Positions 1-12,240 of a stretch of 64,000 nt of DNA are shown one piece after another. The DNA comes from Macrostomum lignano. Taxonomy: Eukaryota. The notes beneath the pieces were generated by a model. It worked only from the letters and a program-made list of their open reading frames with translations. It was not told the origin of the DNA and did not search any database. The stretch lies in NCBI GenBank assembly GCA_002269645.1, contig NIVC01001528.1:31713-95712 (forward strand), read 5' to 3'. Both the position numbers and the translations under genes were made by a program. How positions within the stretch are numbered: the first letter of the stretch is position 1; every line of letters begins with the position of its first letter.

Positions 1-480
1 CTCGTAAAACACCTGTCTAACTGTGCCCGAAGTCAATCAACTGTCAAACGTCCATCGATCCGCTGAGTCCTAAGAAATCTCGCCTACTATTGAGTAAGTA
101 GTAAGATACGGTTATGAAGCTACTATTGAGCAGTGTAGTAAAAGTGAAAGTGCAGACTGTCGGTGACGCACTGAAATGCGTCAGAACGATGGAAATTTGA
201 AGCAGTACATTTATTTGAAGAAGAGCTGCTTCCTCATTTCTGAGAAGCTGAGAACAACGTAGATTCACACAGGGGGCTTACCATAAATATTAACATCGTT
301 TTCAATTCTTAGAAAAATTGACTTCCATTTTTCCCCAGATGCTGCTTCAATTGGGCTTGGAAGTTTCGCGGATTTTCACCTGCCCAAGAGAGCACTCAAA
401 TTTTATACTCATAGCGACTCTCCGCATTAGCTGTGTAACATCAAAAACAGCTGGTATCCATCTGCACTCCTTGGTAGCAG

Positions 481-674
481 CCTGAGGATCTAGATGCTAA
501 TTACCTGAGGTTTTAGATGCTGATTGCCTGATGATCTAGATGCTAATTACCTGAGGTTCTAGATGCTAATTACCTGAGGATCTAGATGCTAATTACCTGA
601 GGATCTGGATGCTAATTACCTGAGGATTTAGATGCTAATTACCTGAGGATCTGGATGCTAATTACCTGAGGATC
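481..674. repeat. 23-bp minisatellite (GATCTAGATGCTAATTACCTGAG), about 8 copies
   Basis: Direct tandem copies are visible with few substitutions. Confidence 0.9.
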
Positions 675-1416
675 CAGTTGATGCAGCAAGTTAAGCAGAG
701 CTCGCGCTGGTTAGTACGCAGCTGAATCGGCTGCGCAGAGAGATTTCTGAGATAATGATGTGCTTACAATACAAAGACTGCGACACAACTGCAGACGAAA
801 GAAAATTATGGCATTGCGAAACTAAAACTACCGTTTGGCTCCTATTGTTAATTCTTTTTTTCAAATATCCCCAATACATGCAATCTCCACAAAGGGAATC
901 AGCTATGGCGAGATTCTGTCTGTAGAAAAATTTAATGGACTTCTGGATACCTGATGGACCATATTCTAGCCACTAGCTAACAATAAACTGACTGACAGCA
1001 CAACCTACAATGGCAAGCCCGCCATCATCACCTGAGCAAAGCCATTGCCCCTGAGCTGAACAATTTAAGCAGAGTTTTGAGATTTGAGTTTTGAGTTTGA
1101 GACATTTCCAAGAATTCTGAGACACGCAAAGTTAGGAGCCAGCAGCACATTCATCTTCCATCAGAACTAACAAAGACTATAACTGCATTTCGTGCAACGC
1201 ATTGCAAGCTGTCTTCTGCTGGCTCAGTAACATTCTCAACGAGATGGTACTTGCAGGCTAATTATTCCACAGCGGCTCAGCTAGGGGTAAGAGACGGGAC
1301 TGATTAAGACAAAGAATTTTATACATGTCCATGTCCACAATGCAATGCAAGCAGCACCCACAATGCAAGCCCGCCATCAAACCTGAGCGAATCGCTTTTA
1401 AAAAACAAGCATCATC

Positions 1417-1476
1417 CAGGGACTACTGAAACTAGTTTCGAGGTGATGCTACTAAAAATAGTTTTAGTAGTCCCTG
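1417..1476. mobile_element. 60-bp hAT-type mini-MITE
   Basis: 18-bp inverted repeats CAGGGACTACT(G/A)AAACTA, flanked by the 8-bp near-duplication GCATCATC / GCATCACC. Confidence 0.5.
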
Positions 1477-1540
1477 GCATCACCTGAGCGAGGCAATGCC
1501 AGGAGAGCTCTGAGCTGAACAGCTTAAACAGAGTTTTGAG

Positions 1541-2226
1541 CTCTGCCCTCCCTGCCCGGTCCATCTTGCTCTGTCCTTGGTCCATCTGCTGGCTCCTCTG
1601 GCTGTCTCCCTGCCCTTGTGTCTCGGCTCTCATCCTGACAGTGGACTGGAGTGCTGGGTAGGAAGTTCGTCCCGAATCGGGGATACCGGCTGAGTCCGGG
1701 TCCTCTTGCGCCTTGTGCCCCTTACCGACCCCTTGGCCTGGCCTCCAATATTGAGCTGGATAGGTGATACCCTTGTGGCTCGCAGCCCTCTAGGAGGGTC
1801 TTGCAATGTCTACCTCTTGATAGGAGTCTCGCCCTTGGAAACAAGCCTTTCAGCCAAATTCCAAATTCCTAACTACAGCTTTTTCCGTAGACCTCTGGGG
1901 TTTCCCCGCTCTCGGACCGCTCTAAGTAGCAAACTAAGCTTTTCAAACCTTTTTTCGCGCGCACTCCCAAGGACTTGTCTGCTGGGTGGTGGCCTGGGTG
2001 GACTCAGTCCTAGCACCGTCCCTGATTCCACTGTTGGGTTGGCGGTGCCTAGTCCATAGGCTTGGGTTATTAGTAGTTCACACCCAGCCCTAGCCAAGGC
2101 GTTAGGGTCTAACCAACTAGTCTAGTGGGTATCTCGGGCTTAGGCCCCTGGAAGTGCCCATCAGCGGCAGAGCCCCTCTCAGGGCTGATCCGCGGGTAGC
2201 AACAGCTCCCACCCCCGTTTAACAAC
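1541..2226. mobile_element. 686-bp insertion with 15-bp target-site duplication, probably retroelement-derived
   Basis: AAACAGAGTTTTGAG occurs at 1526-1540 and 2227-2241. The paralogous site near 8095-8115 lacks the insert. Confidence 0.65.
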
Positions 2227-3458
2227 AAACAGAGTTTTGAGTCGCTGATGAGAGACATTTTAAAAATTCTGAGACTCGCAGAGTTAGGAGCCTGAGGCAG
2301 CTTCATCTTCTAGCTACCAAAGATGGGAGAGCTGCATGACTTGTCACGCATTGCTGTCCTCTGCTTGCTCAGTGAATTCTCAACAAGCTGGTGCTTGCAG
2401 GCTAATCCTCCCACAGCGATTCAGCCAGGAGTAAGAGACGAGACTGATGCAGACAAAGAATTCTATACAATAGATAGCTATGCGAAAGAGATGTCGCTGG
2501 TGCCTGAGTTGACTCAGTTACGTTGGGAAAGACAATCGGCCTGGAGGGGTAGGCTGGATCGATGAATCTTCTGCAGAAGTTCTGCAGCAGTCTGGTGTTA
2601 CGAATCAGTGCCGGCGCTGTCAATGCTTCCGCTGCTTTGGAGTTTGAGGCTGACGTGTTGTGCAAGCTGCCCTGCTGTGCATGCATCTATTAATGTCTCC
2701 GGGTTGAGCAGCTTTGCTTAGCTGTCTCAGCTTTGCTGCAATGCTTTAATCCTCACCTGGCAGCAGAGTGGAACAAAACTCGGTGCTCTTACCTCTGCTT
2801 CTTGACTCGGCTTCCGTTGCCTCGGTCTCGTTACCGATTGACTCCCGATTCGGGCACCTGGGGTTTGGAAATTGCATCGTTCCATTTGCAACGATAAGAT
2901 AGTTTAGTGACTTGGTGCTATTCCACTTTCCATTGCTACTGCTTTGTTTTTGTTTGCATTTTCAGTTTTCTTTACTTGAATTCGCGCCTGACGGCATCCT
3001 ACGTCAGATAGACTGACTATTTATGCTGTGCAATGGGGCGTGTTTCACGTGACCATCGGGTAGGATTGGCTGTGTTCAGGTAGGTGGATTTCCGCGCTAG
3101 CACTTGAAGCATTGTCTGTGCCACGGTGAGTAACGGCCGCTGGAGAGGTCGCACGACGACCCGCAAAGCTGTGCAAGGCAAAAAAACTGCTACAGCTGCA
3201 GCTAAACAGATGGCCCCACAGTTTTTATCTATGAAGACCAGGCGGTTCAGGAAATTCCACAAGGCAGACAAGTCGCATGCATGGCTGCATGGAAATCAAT
3301 GTAAAGCTAAGTTTCTTGTGAAAGGCACGAATTCGAATATACTCCGGCTTTCGCTTGCCGCTTTCCGTGTCAATCAAGCGATACAATGCGAGCTTCCTTT
3401 CTGCCTCTCTGCCGCTTGGTCAAGATGGACAAGGGAAGCTAGGTTGGTTGTCTTGCTG

Positions 3459-3472
3459 GTTACCATGGCAAC
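3459..3472 (+). promoter_or_regulatory. RFX X-box upstream of WSC-PAN copy 1
   Basis: GTTACCATGGCAAC matches the GTTRCCATGGYAAC consensus, about 285 bp upstream of the ATG. Confidence 0.55.
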
Positions 3473-3755
3473 TTGTCTGAACTGCTTACCAGCCTGCGCA
3501 GGAGAGTTACAGAGTCACCAAGCCCTGCAAGTCGCAAGCAACCAATGAAATTTCATCCGCGCCTCATCAACTCATGCCATTGTTTCTTGTGAAAAAGTCC
3601 GCATATAATACACATCCATCTGAAAGGCATCTTGGCCTGTCCGTAATCTTGTCAAAGGGTGTCCAGCAGTGAATCCTCATCCTGTAGTCAGAGTCCAGCA
3701 GCGTCAAGCAGCCTTCAGTCTTCATCCAGCTTGCTGTAACCGCCAGTGCGCCAGC

Positions 3756-4365
3756 ATGCAGCGCTCCGTGCACCTGATTGTCCTCCTATCCGTGCCTCTG
3801 GTCCTGCTGTTCCTGGTGGCGATGAGTCAGCCAAGTGTGCTGCATTACGGATACATCGGCTGCTTTGTTGACAGCAACAGCAACAGAGATTTGAAAGGCC
3901 TGACTGAATTGAAGACAATTGGGCCTTTCACCGATAAGATAGAGTTGGCCTACTTTTTCAATATGTACACCGTCACCATCGAGAACTGCAGCAACCTCTG
4001 CGCCCTGGGCAGATTTCGCTACTTAGGTCTGCAGGCGCGAGCCTTCTGCTTCTGCGACAACAGCTACGGACTGCACGGAGCCGCTGCGAATTCTGACTGT
4101 CAGGAACTTTGCGTTGGAAACAGCAGCCAGATTTGCGGCGGCTACGATATAAACTCCATTTATGAGAACTTCTATGCGCCCGGTAAGAACATTTTCGGGT
4201 CTTTTGGCTAACGATTCCTGCATCTAAATTTTTCTGCATTTGTGCTGCTGCTCAGAGACCGGCCTCTTCAAGCGCGTGGCCTCAACCAAGTCGATGCTCA
4301 CCACCGCGCCCGGACAGCCAGAGAACAGCACCTACTGGAGCCAGGATGCTAGTGGTCCTTGGTAA
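3756..4365 (+). CDS. WSC-PAN family copy 1, truncated (signal peptide + WSC, PAN lost; about 178 aa; possibly a pseudogene)
   Basis: Exons 3756-4182 and 4256-4365, 73-bp GT-AG intron with GCTAAC branch motif. WSC motifs YIGCFVD..RDL..C..LC..Y.GLQ..CFC..C..C.GN..Q.CGG..IY. Exon 2 matches copy 2 up to YWSQ, then runs into unrelated sequence and stops at TAA 4363-4365. Confidence 0.75.
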
Positions 4366-4394
4366 CTTTCTGTGGCCTCTGGCACAACGCTAAG

Positions 4395-5060
4395 TCAGTC
4401 TTAGGAGTCTTGGTGGTAGCAGTGGTCCTAAGGACATGAAATCAAAAAATAGAAACCATTTTTCATAATGGGCACCACTCCAGTGGATCCACTTTGTTCT
4501 TTTTCTAGTGCAAAGAATATATTTAACAAACTGATTGTCTACTTTCAGTAGCAAAATAAGCGGCAGATGGGTAGAAAATTTTACTATTGCAATTTTTGTA
4601 CTTGCTTTATACTTATTTCACATAAGCAGAAGTCTCTTGCCCCAAATGCCAAAGTGTATAGAGGAACAGATTCTGCTGCACAGTTTTTAGGTCATCATGT
4701 AGTTGCACACAACTTCTGTACAGAATGCAAACTGGCAACTTGACTCTTGTTTGAGTAAGCCGTTCACCCATTGGTAGATATACTGTGAGAATATTCTGCT
4801 TTTGTAATCGTTGTATTAATTATAGGCAGGAGTTGTGTGCACCCTGGCGCACTTTAAGCGACATTGTAACACAACCGGCGAGAGGCATTTCCACTGCCCA
4901 TTCCACCGACTCCCCTGAGTAGGCACACAAGCGCGCGAATACGTACGCAGTCATACGCACAGGCACTCACGCAGGAGTGTACAGCAGCCCTAACTTTATT
5001 AATAGTTAGGCATGTACACTTCACCTGTGCCTTGGGGGTTGGCCCTCAAGGGCGTTAATT
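4395..5060 (+). mobile_element. Decayed DNA-transposon 3' end, piggyBac-like (copy A)
   Basis: Diverged homolog of 12940-13672. Remnant Cys-rich coding (CTECK..). Ends GGCCCTCAAGGGCG followed by TTAA. Subterminal hairpin GTGTACA..CCTAAC..GTTAGG..TGTACAC. Confidence 0.4.
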
Positions 5061-5229
5061 GCTTGATTAAGTTTTTATTTGTCAATAACCATGGAGAGTG
5101 CACGCGCACTAACAGCCAGACAGCTCAGAAATCAAGGCGCTCACACGGCTTTAGGGTGAGCTCAACGGGAACCAGACTGCTGCCTCCCTACTTCAAGGTG
5201 AGCTCACAGCTTTTCCTGCTGTTGTGCAC

Positions 5230-6885
5230 GAGGCCTTTTTATCTTGCGCAGGTGTAGAGGGCGGTCAGTCGGCCAGAAAGCGCAGCCGGGCCTACCTGAT
5301 CCGAGAATTTGTCAAGCCCAACGCCAACCAGTCAACCAAGAGCCTGACCGCCTGGATGGAGAACGGAAACTTGGTGATCAAAAAGCAGCCGCCAAGCCTA
5401 AGCAAAATTTACACTCACCAATGGATCTCTGGCAATGCTCAAATCCTACAACGCCTGAACTGACGACGGCTCGCTCATCTACTTGAGTGACGACGGATCT
5501 GTGAGCACCAGCAAGCTGAGAGGCTACCTGCTGTACTCCCAGAAGATTGGAGAACTCTTGGACGCCAACTACAGCCCAAACTGTGTGTGCGAGTTTGATG
5601 AAGACTAAAGGAAGCTGATGGCCAAGTCGGACTGCAAACCCCCGCAGCTGTACCACCGCCACCTGAACGCTCCACGCAATCTGAAGGTCACTTTGAACCG
5701 ACTCGGTATTTTGCAGCCGCAGGCGCCTATCTGCCTGAGCTTCAACTCACCAGCCGGCTCTCAACGGTCCAGCTGCCGGTGCCGGCACGCCTGCAAGCTG
5801 CCTGGCTGAGGCAAGCCGCATCCCGTCCAACTGCATCATCAGAGCAGCGATGCGGTGGAGGGGTCAAAGAACTAGATTTACTTTATAGCCACCATGCTTT
5901 TATCTCCCAACCGCTCTCATCCCATTGTTTGCATCCCCGATCGCCCCTGCTTGTCATTCCGCCCCGCTTCCAGTCCTTCCGGCTCTTCGGTCAACGACAG
6001 CTATGAGCAGGAGCGGAGTCTGAGGTTCTCCTTCGTGCAGGATCTGCTCCGTCACATCCGGCCCGGCTCGTTTATCAGCAAGGTCGATCTGAAGCAGGCC
6101 TACCGCTCTGTCGGCATTCACCCGGACGATCAGGCGCTGACGGGTCTCAGCTGGCGTTTCGCGGCTGGCACCGAATCCTCGGTGTTCATCGACACCCGGC
6201 TGCCATTCGGTGCCCGGGCCTCTTGCGAGATCTTTCACCGCCATTCATCGCCACATGCATAGGCAAGGATACCAAGTTTTTGTCAACCTGGACGACTGGG
6301 TGGTTGCCGGCGACTCGCAGGAAGAAGCTGAATGCACTTACAACTACCTGGTGCAACTCCTGCAAGACCTGGGCTTCACCATCAACTGGAGCAAGTCCAC
6401 GGCTGAGCACAGCGGATGGTCTTCCTTGGCGTCCAAATCGACACAATTGACGACGCACTGTCGCTGCCCATGGACAAGGCCGCCAGCACCAGGGATTTGC
6501 TGAAGGACTGCCTCTCCCGCAACATCGTCAAGCTCAAGCAGCTGGAGAGGCTGGCCGGGAAGCTGTGCTAGTTGGGCCTGATCAACAAGCTGCTGCGTCT
6601 GTTTTGACCTCATCAGCGACAGTCGAGATCTCCGGCTGCCTCAAGAAGGTCACAGTCTGCTGCAATGGTGGCTTCAGGCAGTGGACTCTGCCACCTACAC
6701 CGCTTCACCCGCGCTTCCATCAGTTGGTGGCCATCGAGTCCGACAGCAGCTCCGAAGGCCTTCCAGGGCGGTCTCTCTGTGGCCGACATCTGCTGCATTG
6801 ATGACTGGCGCAGTGGCTCCGTCGTCTCCTATTTCTCGGACGATGCAGACTTTGCCGCAGACGCTCTGCTGTCACCTCATTGAAG
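5230..6885 (+). pseudogene. DIRS-like retrotransposon relic (gag-like + reverse transcriptase/RNase H region, frameshifted)
   Basis: RT motifs KVDLKQAYRSVGI, RLPFGARASCEIF, VNLDDWVV and LGFTINWSKS, then FLGVQIDT..LSLP..LERLAGKL. Upstream YLLYSQKIGELL..Y..V.EFD resembles DIRS gag. Multiple stops and frameshifts. Confidence 0.75.
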
Positions 6886-7509
6886 CCTGCACTAGTCAAA
6901 TCCTTAGTCAAGCCATGGCTCAAAGCTCAGCGTTATAGAATACGTTCTTGATTTCATGATTTCCGTTTATGTTTTGGGGACAATTTACTGTAAATGCTTC
7001 GTTATGAAACACCTGTCAAAAATAATCAGCCGTTAATCTGACATTGACGCATTAAATCTCAAGCAATCGACTACTATTGAGTAGCGAGATAGGAATGACA
7101 ACTACACCGTTAAAAATGCGTTGAAAATTTAAAAGCCAGCATTCTGGACCGGGTCTAATGTTTCTTTCTCGAGTTCTCGAATTTTGAACTCGTGCATTGC
7201 TCGTTGGCAATATACCAGCGTAGGACCAGCCAATGATACCGCATGCATTCAGCGTAGACTTTCTCGTTGCTCTCTGAGCGCTACTCCTCTTTCTGGCTCG
7301 GCTTCTGTTGCTATGCGGTCTTGTGCCTTTTAAAATGAGCAGCTCTTCATCCCTGAGATTCCAGATTTCAATCGACTTGGGCTGCTCTGAGCTGCCATTG
7401 TGCTTGGGGGCTCGGGTCCAGGCTTGTTCATTGTGGTCTTATTATCATGTTTGTCACGTCGCACAGTGAAGTTGTTTGACGTGACTTAAGACCGGTTTGT
7501 TCTCTATGC

Positions 7510-8000
7510 CAACAATGCAATGCAAGCAGCACCAGAAATGCAATGCAAGCAGCACCTGCAATTCAATGCAAACAGCACCCACAATGCAATGCAAGCAGCA
7601 CCTGCAATTCAATGCAAACAGCACCCACAATGCAATGCAAGCAGCACCTGCAATTCAATGCAAACAGCACCCACAATGCAATGCAAGCAGCACCTGCAAT
7701 GCAATGCAAGCAGCACCCACAATGCAATGCAAGCAGCACCTGCAATTCAATGCAAACAGCACCCACAATGCAATGCAAGCAGCACCTGCAATGCAATGCA
7801 AGCAGCACCCACAATGCAATGCAAGCAGCACCTGCAAGTCAATGCAAGCAGCACCTGCAAGTCAATGCAAGCAGCACCTGCAATTCAATGCAAGCAGCAC
7901 CTGCAATGCAATGCAAGCAGCACCCACAATGCAATGCAAGCAGCACCTGCAATGCAATGCAAGCAGCACCTGCAATGCAATGCACACAGCTACAATGCAG
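7510..8000. repeat. 23-bp minisatellite (TGCAATGCAATGCAAGCAGCACC), about 21 copies
   Basis: Tandem array. Roughly one unit is present at the paralogous site 1338-1365. Confidence 0.9.
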
Positions 8001-8896
8001 CTCTGTGAAAATCCCGCCATCATCACCTGAGCGAGTCTCCTTTATGAGACGCGTGGCACCTGCTCTCCAGGCAATGCCAGGAGAGCTCTGAGCTGAACAG
8101 TTTGAGCTTTGAGTCGCTGATGAGAGACAATTTCAAGAATTCTGAGACACGCAGAGTTAGGAGCCTGTGGCAGCTTCATCTTCCATCAGAGCTACCAAAG
8201 ATGGGAAAGCCGCATGACTTACATCTTCTGCTTGCTCATTAAAATTCTCAACAAGCTGGTGCTTGCAGGCTAAGCATCCTACAACGATTCAGCTGGGGGG
8301 GGGGATTAGAGACGGAACGGATGCATCGATCGATATTCGCTTTCAGTTCAACAGCAGTCTTGTGCCACGCACCAGTGCCAGCGCTTTCAATGCTTCTGCT
8401 GCTTGGCTGATGTGGAGTTTGAAGCGTTGCTTTTCTGCTGTGCATGGCAGGCTTTCCCGCCTGAGCAGCTCTGCTTATCTGTCTCAGCTTTGTCTTAATC
8501 CTTGGCAGCAGAATGGAACAAAACTTCTTGCTCTTGCCCCGCTGTACTTCTTGACTCGGCTTCTGTGGCCTCGGTCGTTTCCGCTTGACTCCCGATTCGT
8601 ACCCTGGGGTTTGGAAATTGCATCGGTATTTTGCAACGATAATACATCAAAGACCACCAGGAACACTTTGTAGTCTAGAAGTCTTTGCAACAAATTTTTA
8701 GTTTGGGAAGCAGGCGTACATTTAGCTAGTTTTAGTGGCTCTGTGCTATCTAACTTTCTCGGTGCTACTGCTTTGTTTTTTGCTACATTTTCACTTGTTT
8801 TCTTTTACCCGATATCGTGTCTGTCGGCATTCTGACTACATGTATGTATACTATGTACTGTGCATGTTTCATGTGACCATCAGGTTGAATTGGATG

Positions 8897-10097
8897 TTTC
8901 AGGTAGGTTCAGGTAGGTTCAGTTAGGTTCAGGTAGGTTCAGATAGGTTCAGGTAGGTTCAGGTAGGTTCAGGTAGGTTCAGGTAGGTTCAGGTAGGTTC
9001 AGGTAGGTTCAGATAGGTTCAAGTAGGTTTAGGTAGGTTAAGGTAGGTTCAGGTAGGTTCAGGTAGGTTCAGGTAGGTTCAGGTAGGTTCAGGTAGGTTC
9101 AGGTAGGTTCAGATGGGTTCAGATAGGTTCGGTAGGTTTAGGTAGGTTCAGGTAGGTTCAGGTAGGTTCAGGTAGGTTCAAGTAGGTTCAAGTAGGTTTA
9201 GATGGGTTCAGATAGGTTCGGGTAGGTTTAGGTAGGTTCAGGTAGGTTCAGGTAGGTTCAGGTAGGTTTAGATGGGTTCAGATAGGTTCGGGTAGGTTTA
9301 GGTAGGTTCAGGTAGGTTCAAGTAGGTTCAGGTAGGTTCAGGTAGGTTCAGGTAGGTTCAGGTAGGTTCAGGTAGGTTCAGGTAGGTTCAGGTAGGTTCA
9401 GGTAGGTTCAGGTAGGTTCAGGTAAGTTCAGGTAGGTTCAGGTAGGTTCAGGTAGGTTCAGGTAGGTTCAAGTAGGTTTAGATGGGTTCAGATATGTTCA
9501 GGTAGGTTCAGGTAGGTTCAGGTAGGTTCAGGTAGGTTCAGGTAGGTTCAGGTAGGTTCAAGTAGGTTTAGATGGGTTCAGATAGGTTCAGATAGGTTCA
9601 GGTAGGTTCAGATAGGTTCAGATAGGTTCAGATAGGTTCAGGTAGGTTTAAGTAGGTTCAGGTAGGTTCAAGTAGGTTCAGGTAGGTTCAGGTAGGTTCA
9701 GGTAAGTTCAGGTAGGTTCAGGTAGGTTCAGGTAGGTTCAGGTAGGTTCAGGTAGGTTCAGGTAGGTTCAGGTAGGTTCAGGTAGGTTCAGGTAGGTTCA
9801 AGTAGGTTTAGATGGGTTCAGATAGGTTCAGATAGGTTCAGGTAGGTTCAGAAAGGTTCAGATAGGTTCAGATAGGTTCAGGTAGGTTCAGATAGGTTCA
9901 GATAGGTTCAGATAGGTTCAGATAGGTTCAGATAGGTTCAGATAGGTTCAGATAGGTTCAGATAGGTTCAGGTAGGTTCAGATAGGTTCAGGTAGGTTCA
10001 AGTAGGTTCAGATGGGTTCAGATAGGTTCAGATAGGTTCAGATAGGTTCAGTTAGGTTCAGATAGGTTCAGGTAGGTTCAGATAGGTTCAGTTAGGT
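8897..10097. repeat. 10-bp tandem repeat (CAGGTAGGTT)n, about 120 copies
   Basis: Direct array. A single seed GTTCAGGTAGGT is present at the paralogous site near 3075-3086. Confidence 0.95.
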
Positions 10098-10709
10098 AGT
10101 TTTGCCGTCGAGATTTACGAGCGTTGCAATTTAGCATGCTATAGCATCTAAAGCATTGCCTGGGCCGGCTCTGAGCCACGGTGAGTAACGGCCTATCGCT
10201 CGAGAAATCACAAGACAAATCGCAAAGCTGTGCAAGGCAAAGGAAGATTGTTACAGCTGCATGTACTAGCTAATAACAAACAGATAATCCAGCAATTTTT
10301 ATCAATAGAGATTAAGGACTTTCTGGGAGGATTCAGAAACCGAAGATACCGGCAGCGGCTTTCGCTTGTAGCTTGCAGTGTTAATCAAGCGAGACAATGC
10401 GAGCTTCCTTTTATAATTGTTGTCTCTGTGCCGCTCCGTCAAGATGGACAACGGCAAGTTGAGCTGGTTTTGGTTTGCTGGTGACGATGCCAGCCTGCCT
10501 CAGAAGAATTATTTTCACCAAGTATCGCAAGTCGCTGCAACCAATGAAATTTCATCTGCGTCGCATACATTCACGCCATTGTTTCTTGTGGCAAATCGTG
10601 CATATACATGTAGGCCACATTTGCCTCAGAGGTATCTTGGCTTGCCTGCAAATCTAGTCAAAGGGTGTCCAGCAGCCTTCAGTCTGGCTGTAACCGCCGG
10701 TGCGCCAGC

Positions 10710-11464
10710 ATGCAGCACTCCGTGCACCTGATTGTCCTCCTATCCGTGCCTCTGGCCCTGCTGTTCCTGGTGGCGATGAGCCAGCCAAGTGTGCTGCATC
10801 ACGGATACATCGGCTGCTTTGTTGACAGCAGCAGCAACAGAGATTTGAAAGGCCTGACTGGGTTGAAGACCATTGGTCCTTTCACTGATAAGATAGAGTT
10901 CGCCTACTTTTTCAATGGATACACCGTCACCATCGAGAGCTGCAGCAGCCTCTGCGCCCTGGGCAGATTTCGCTACTTCGGTCTGCAGGCGCAAGGCTTC
11001 TGCTTCTGCGGCAACAGCTACGGACTGCATGGAGCCGCTTCATCAGATTCTGAGTGTAACAAAAACTGCTATGGAAACAGCAGCCAGATTTGCGGCGGCT
11101 TCGATAGAAACTCCATTTATGAGAACATCTATGCGCCCGGTAAGAAAAGTTTCCTGGTCATTTAGCTGACGATTCCTGCATCTGCATTTATCTGCATTTG
11201 TGCTGCTGCTCAGAGACCGGCCTCTTCAAGCGCGTGGCCTCAACCAAGTCGATGCTCACCACCGCGGCCGGACAGCCAGAGAACAGCACCTACTGGAGCC
11301 AGGAGGCCACGGTGGCCTTCGAGTGCCTCGCCGCCTGCCACCGCAGCCCGGACTGCCTCGCCTGCGCCTTCGTGCAGTCCAGCCGGATGTGCCACCTCAT
11401 GAGATTCGCCGCTGTGCCCGGCGAGGTCGCCAGCGAGGCCCAGTGGGTCTGGGTGAAGCCGTGA
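10710..11464 (+). CDS. WSC-PAN family copy 2: secreted protein, signal peptide + WSC + PAN/apple (226 aa)
   Basis: Exons 10710-11139 and 11214-11464, phase-1 74-bp GT-AG intron, open frame to TGA. PAN-like ECLAACHRSPDCLACAFVQSSRMCHL. Confidence 0.88.
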
Positions 11465-12240
11465 GCCTGTCTGACGACTGATAGTCTACCGTGAATAAAC
11501 AAGCATTAACAGTTACCAGCCCAGAACACGAACCTACAAAAGCTTGTTTGTATAAGTGAACGAGGTTTTGAGACAGGAAAAATTGAAGCATCAAAAAGAA
11601 CAGAACCTTTGCGGTCCCAGTTTACCACTGTAAGAACAAAATATTATAATAAATTCGACTATTGAGCTATTTATCGCATTGCATAAAAGAAAATCGCATT
11701 TTATTGTTAGTTACTTTTTCATCCATTTTAGTATCTAAGTAGATATTGATCATGGAAAATTCATTGATGTTGATCAATCAATTTAGTGTTCAATATTCCT
11801 GAATTTGCTAGTGTATAGTCGCCCCCAGCGGCAGCTCTGAGCGGTAGAAACCCACATGATGTAGCCTAGTGGTTGGAGCGGCGGACTCACAACTGAAAGA
11901 TTGGGGGGGGGGTTCAATTTCGACCTACTCTGGCGACCCCCCAGTCCTTGGACTGAACATCCCTGCGCAGCCTTCAGATGCGCCGCGCAATTGCTGCGGC
12001 TGAGCTTTCGGTTGCACATCTGGCCATTACGGTCGGTGCAAGAAAAACATATTGATATGAGTTGCCATCTAGATCTCAAATGTCCGCAGAATCTGCTAAC
12101 TGGCATCATCTATGATAGACATCACGTGTTTTAGGCTTAGCGACCTTGCTCCCCATCAATCTTCCAACCAGCATTATTGTCATCGCCAGGGTCAACAGGT
12201 GCTCATCATGTGATTCCATTCCTGGGCAAATCAGCTGCCG

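Larger units (their letters stand above)
1018..3120 (+). repeat. Duplicated non-coding upstream module (copies near 1018-1330, 1370-3120 and 8010-8900)
   Basis: Shared blocks such as CCCGCCATCATCACCTGAGC, ATTCTGAGAC(A/T)CGCA(A/G)AGTTAGGAGCC and GGGGTTTGGAAATTGCATCG recur upstream of WSC copies 1 and 2. Confidence 0.8.

Noticed and set aside
5230-6885. Functional RT-based system (retron or DGR-like) diversifying the adjacent WSC genes
   Set aside because: The RT is a frameshifted DIRS-type relic. There is no template/variable repeat pair with adenine-specific differences, and gene conversion explains the paralog pattern more simply.
7497-8091. Three overlapping Q/C/A-rich ORFs
   Set aside because: Artefact of the 23-bp minisatellite, open in all frames.
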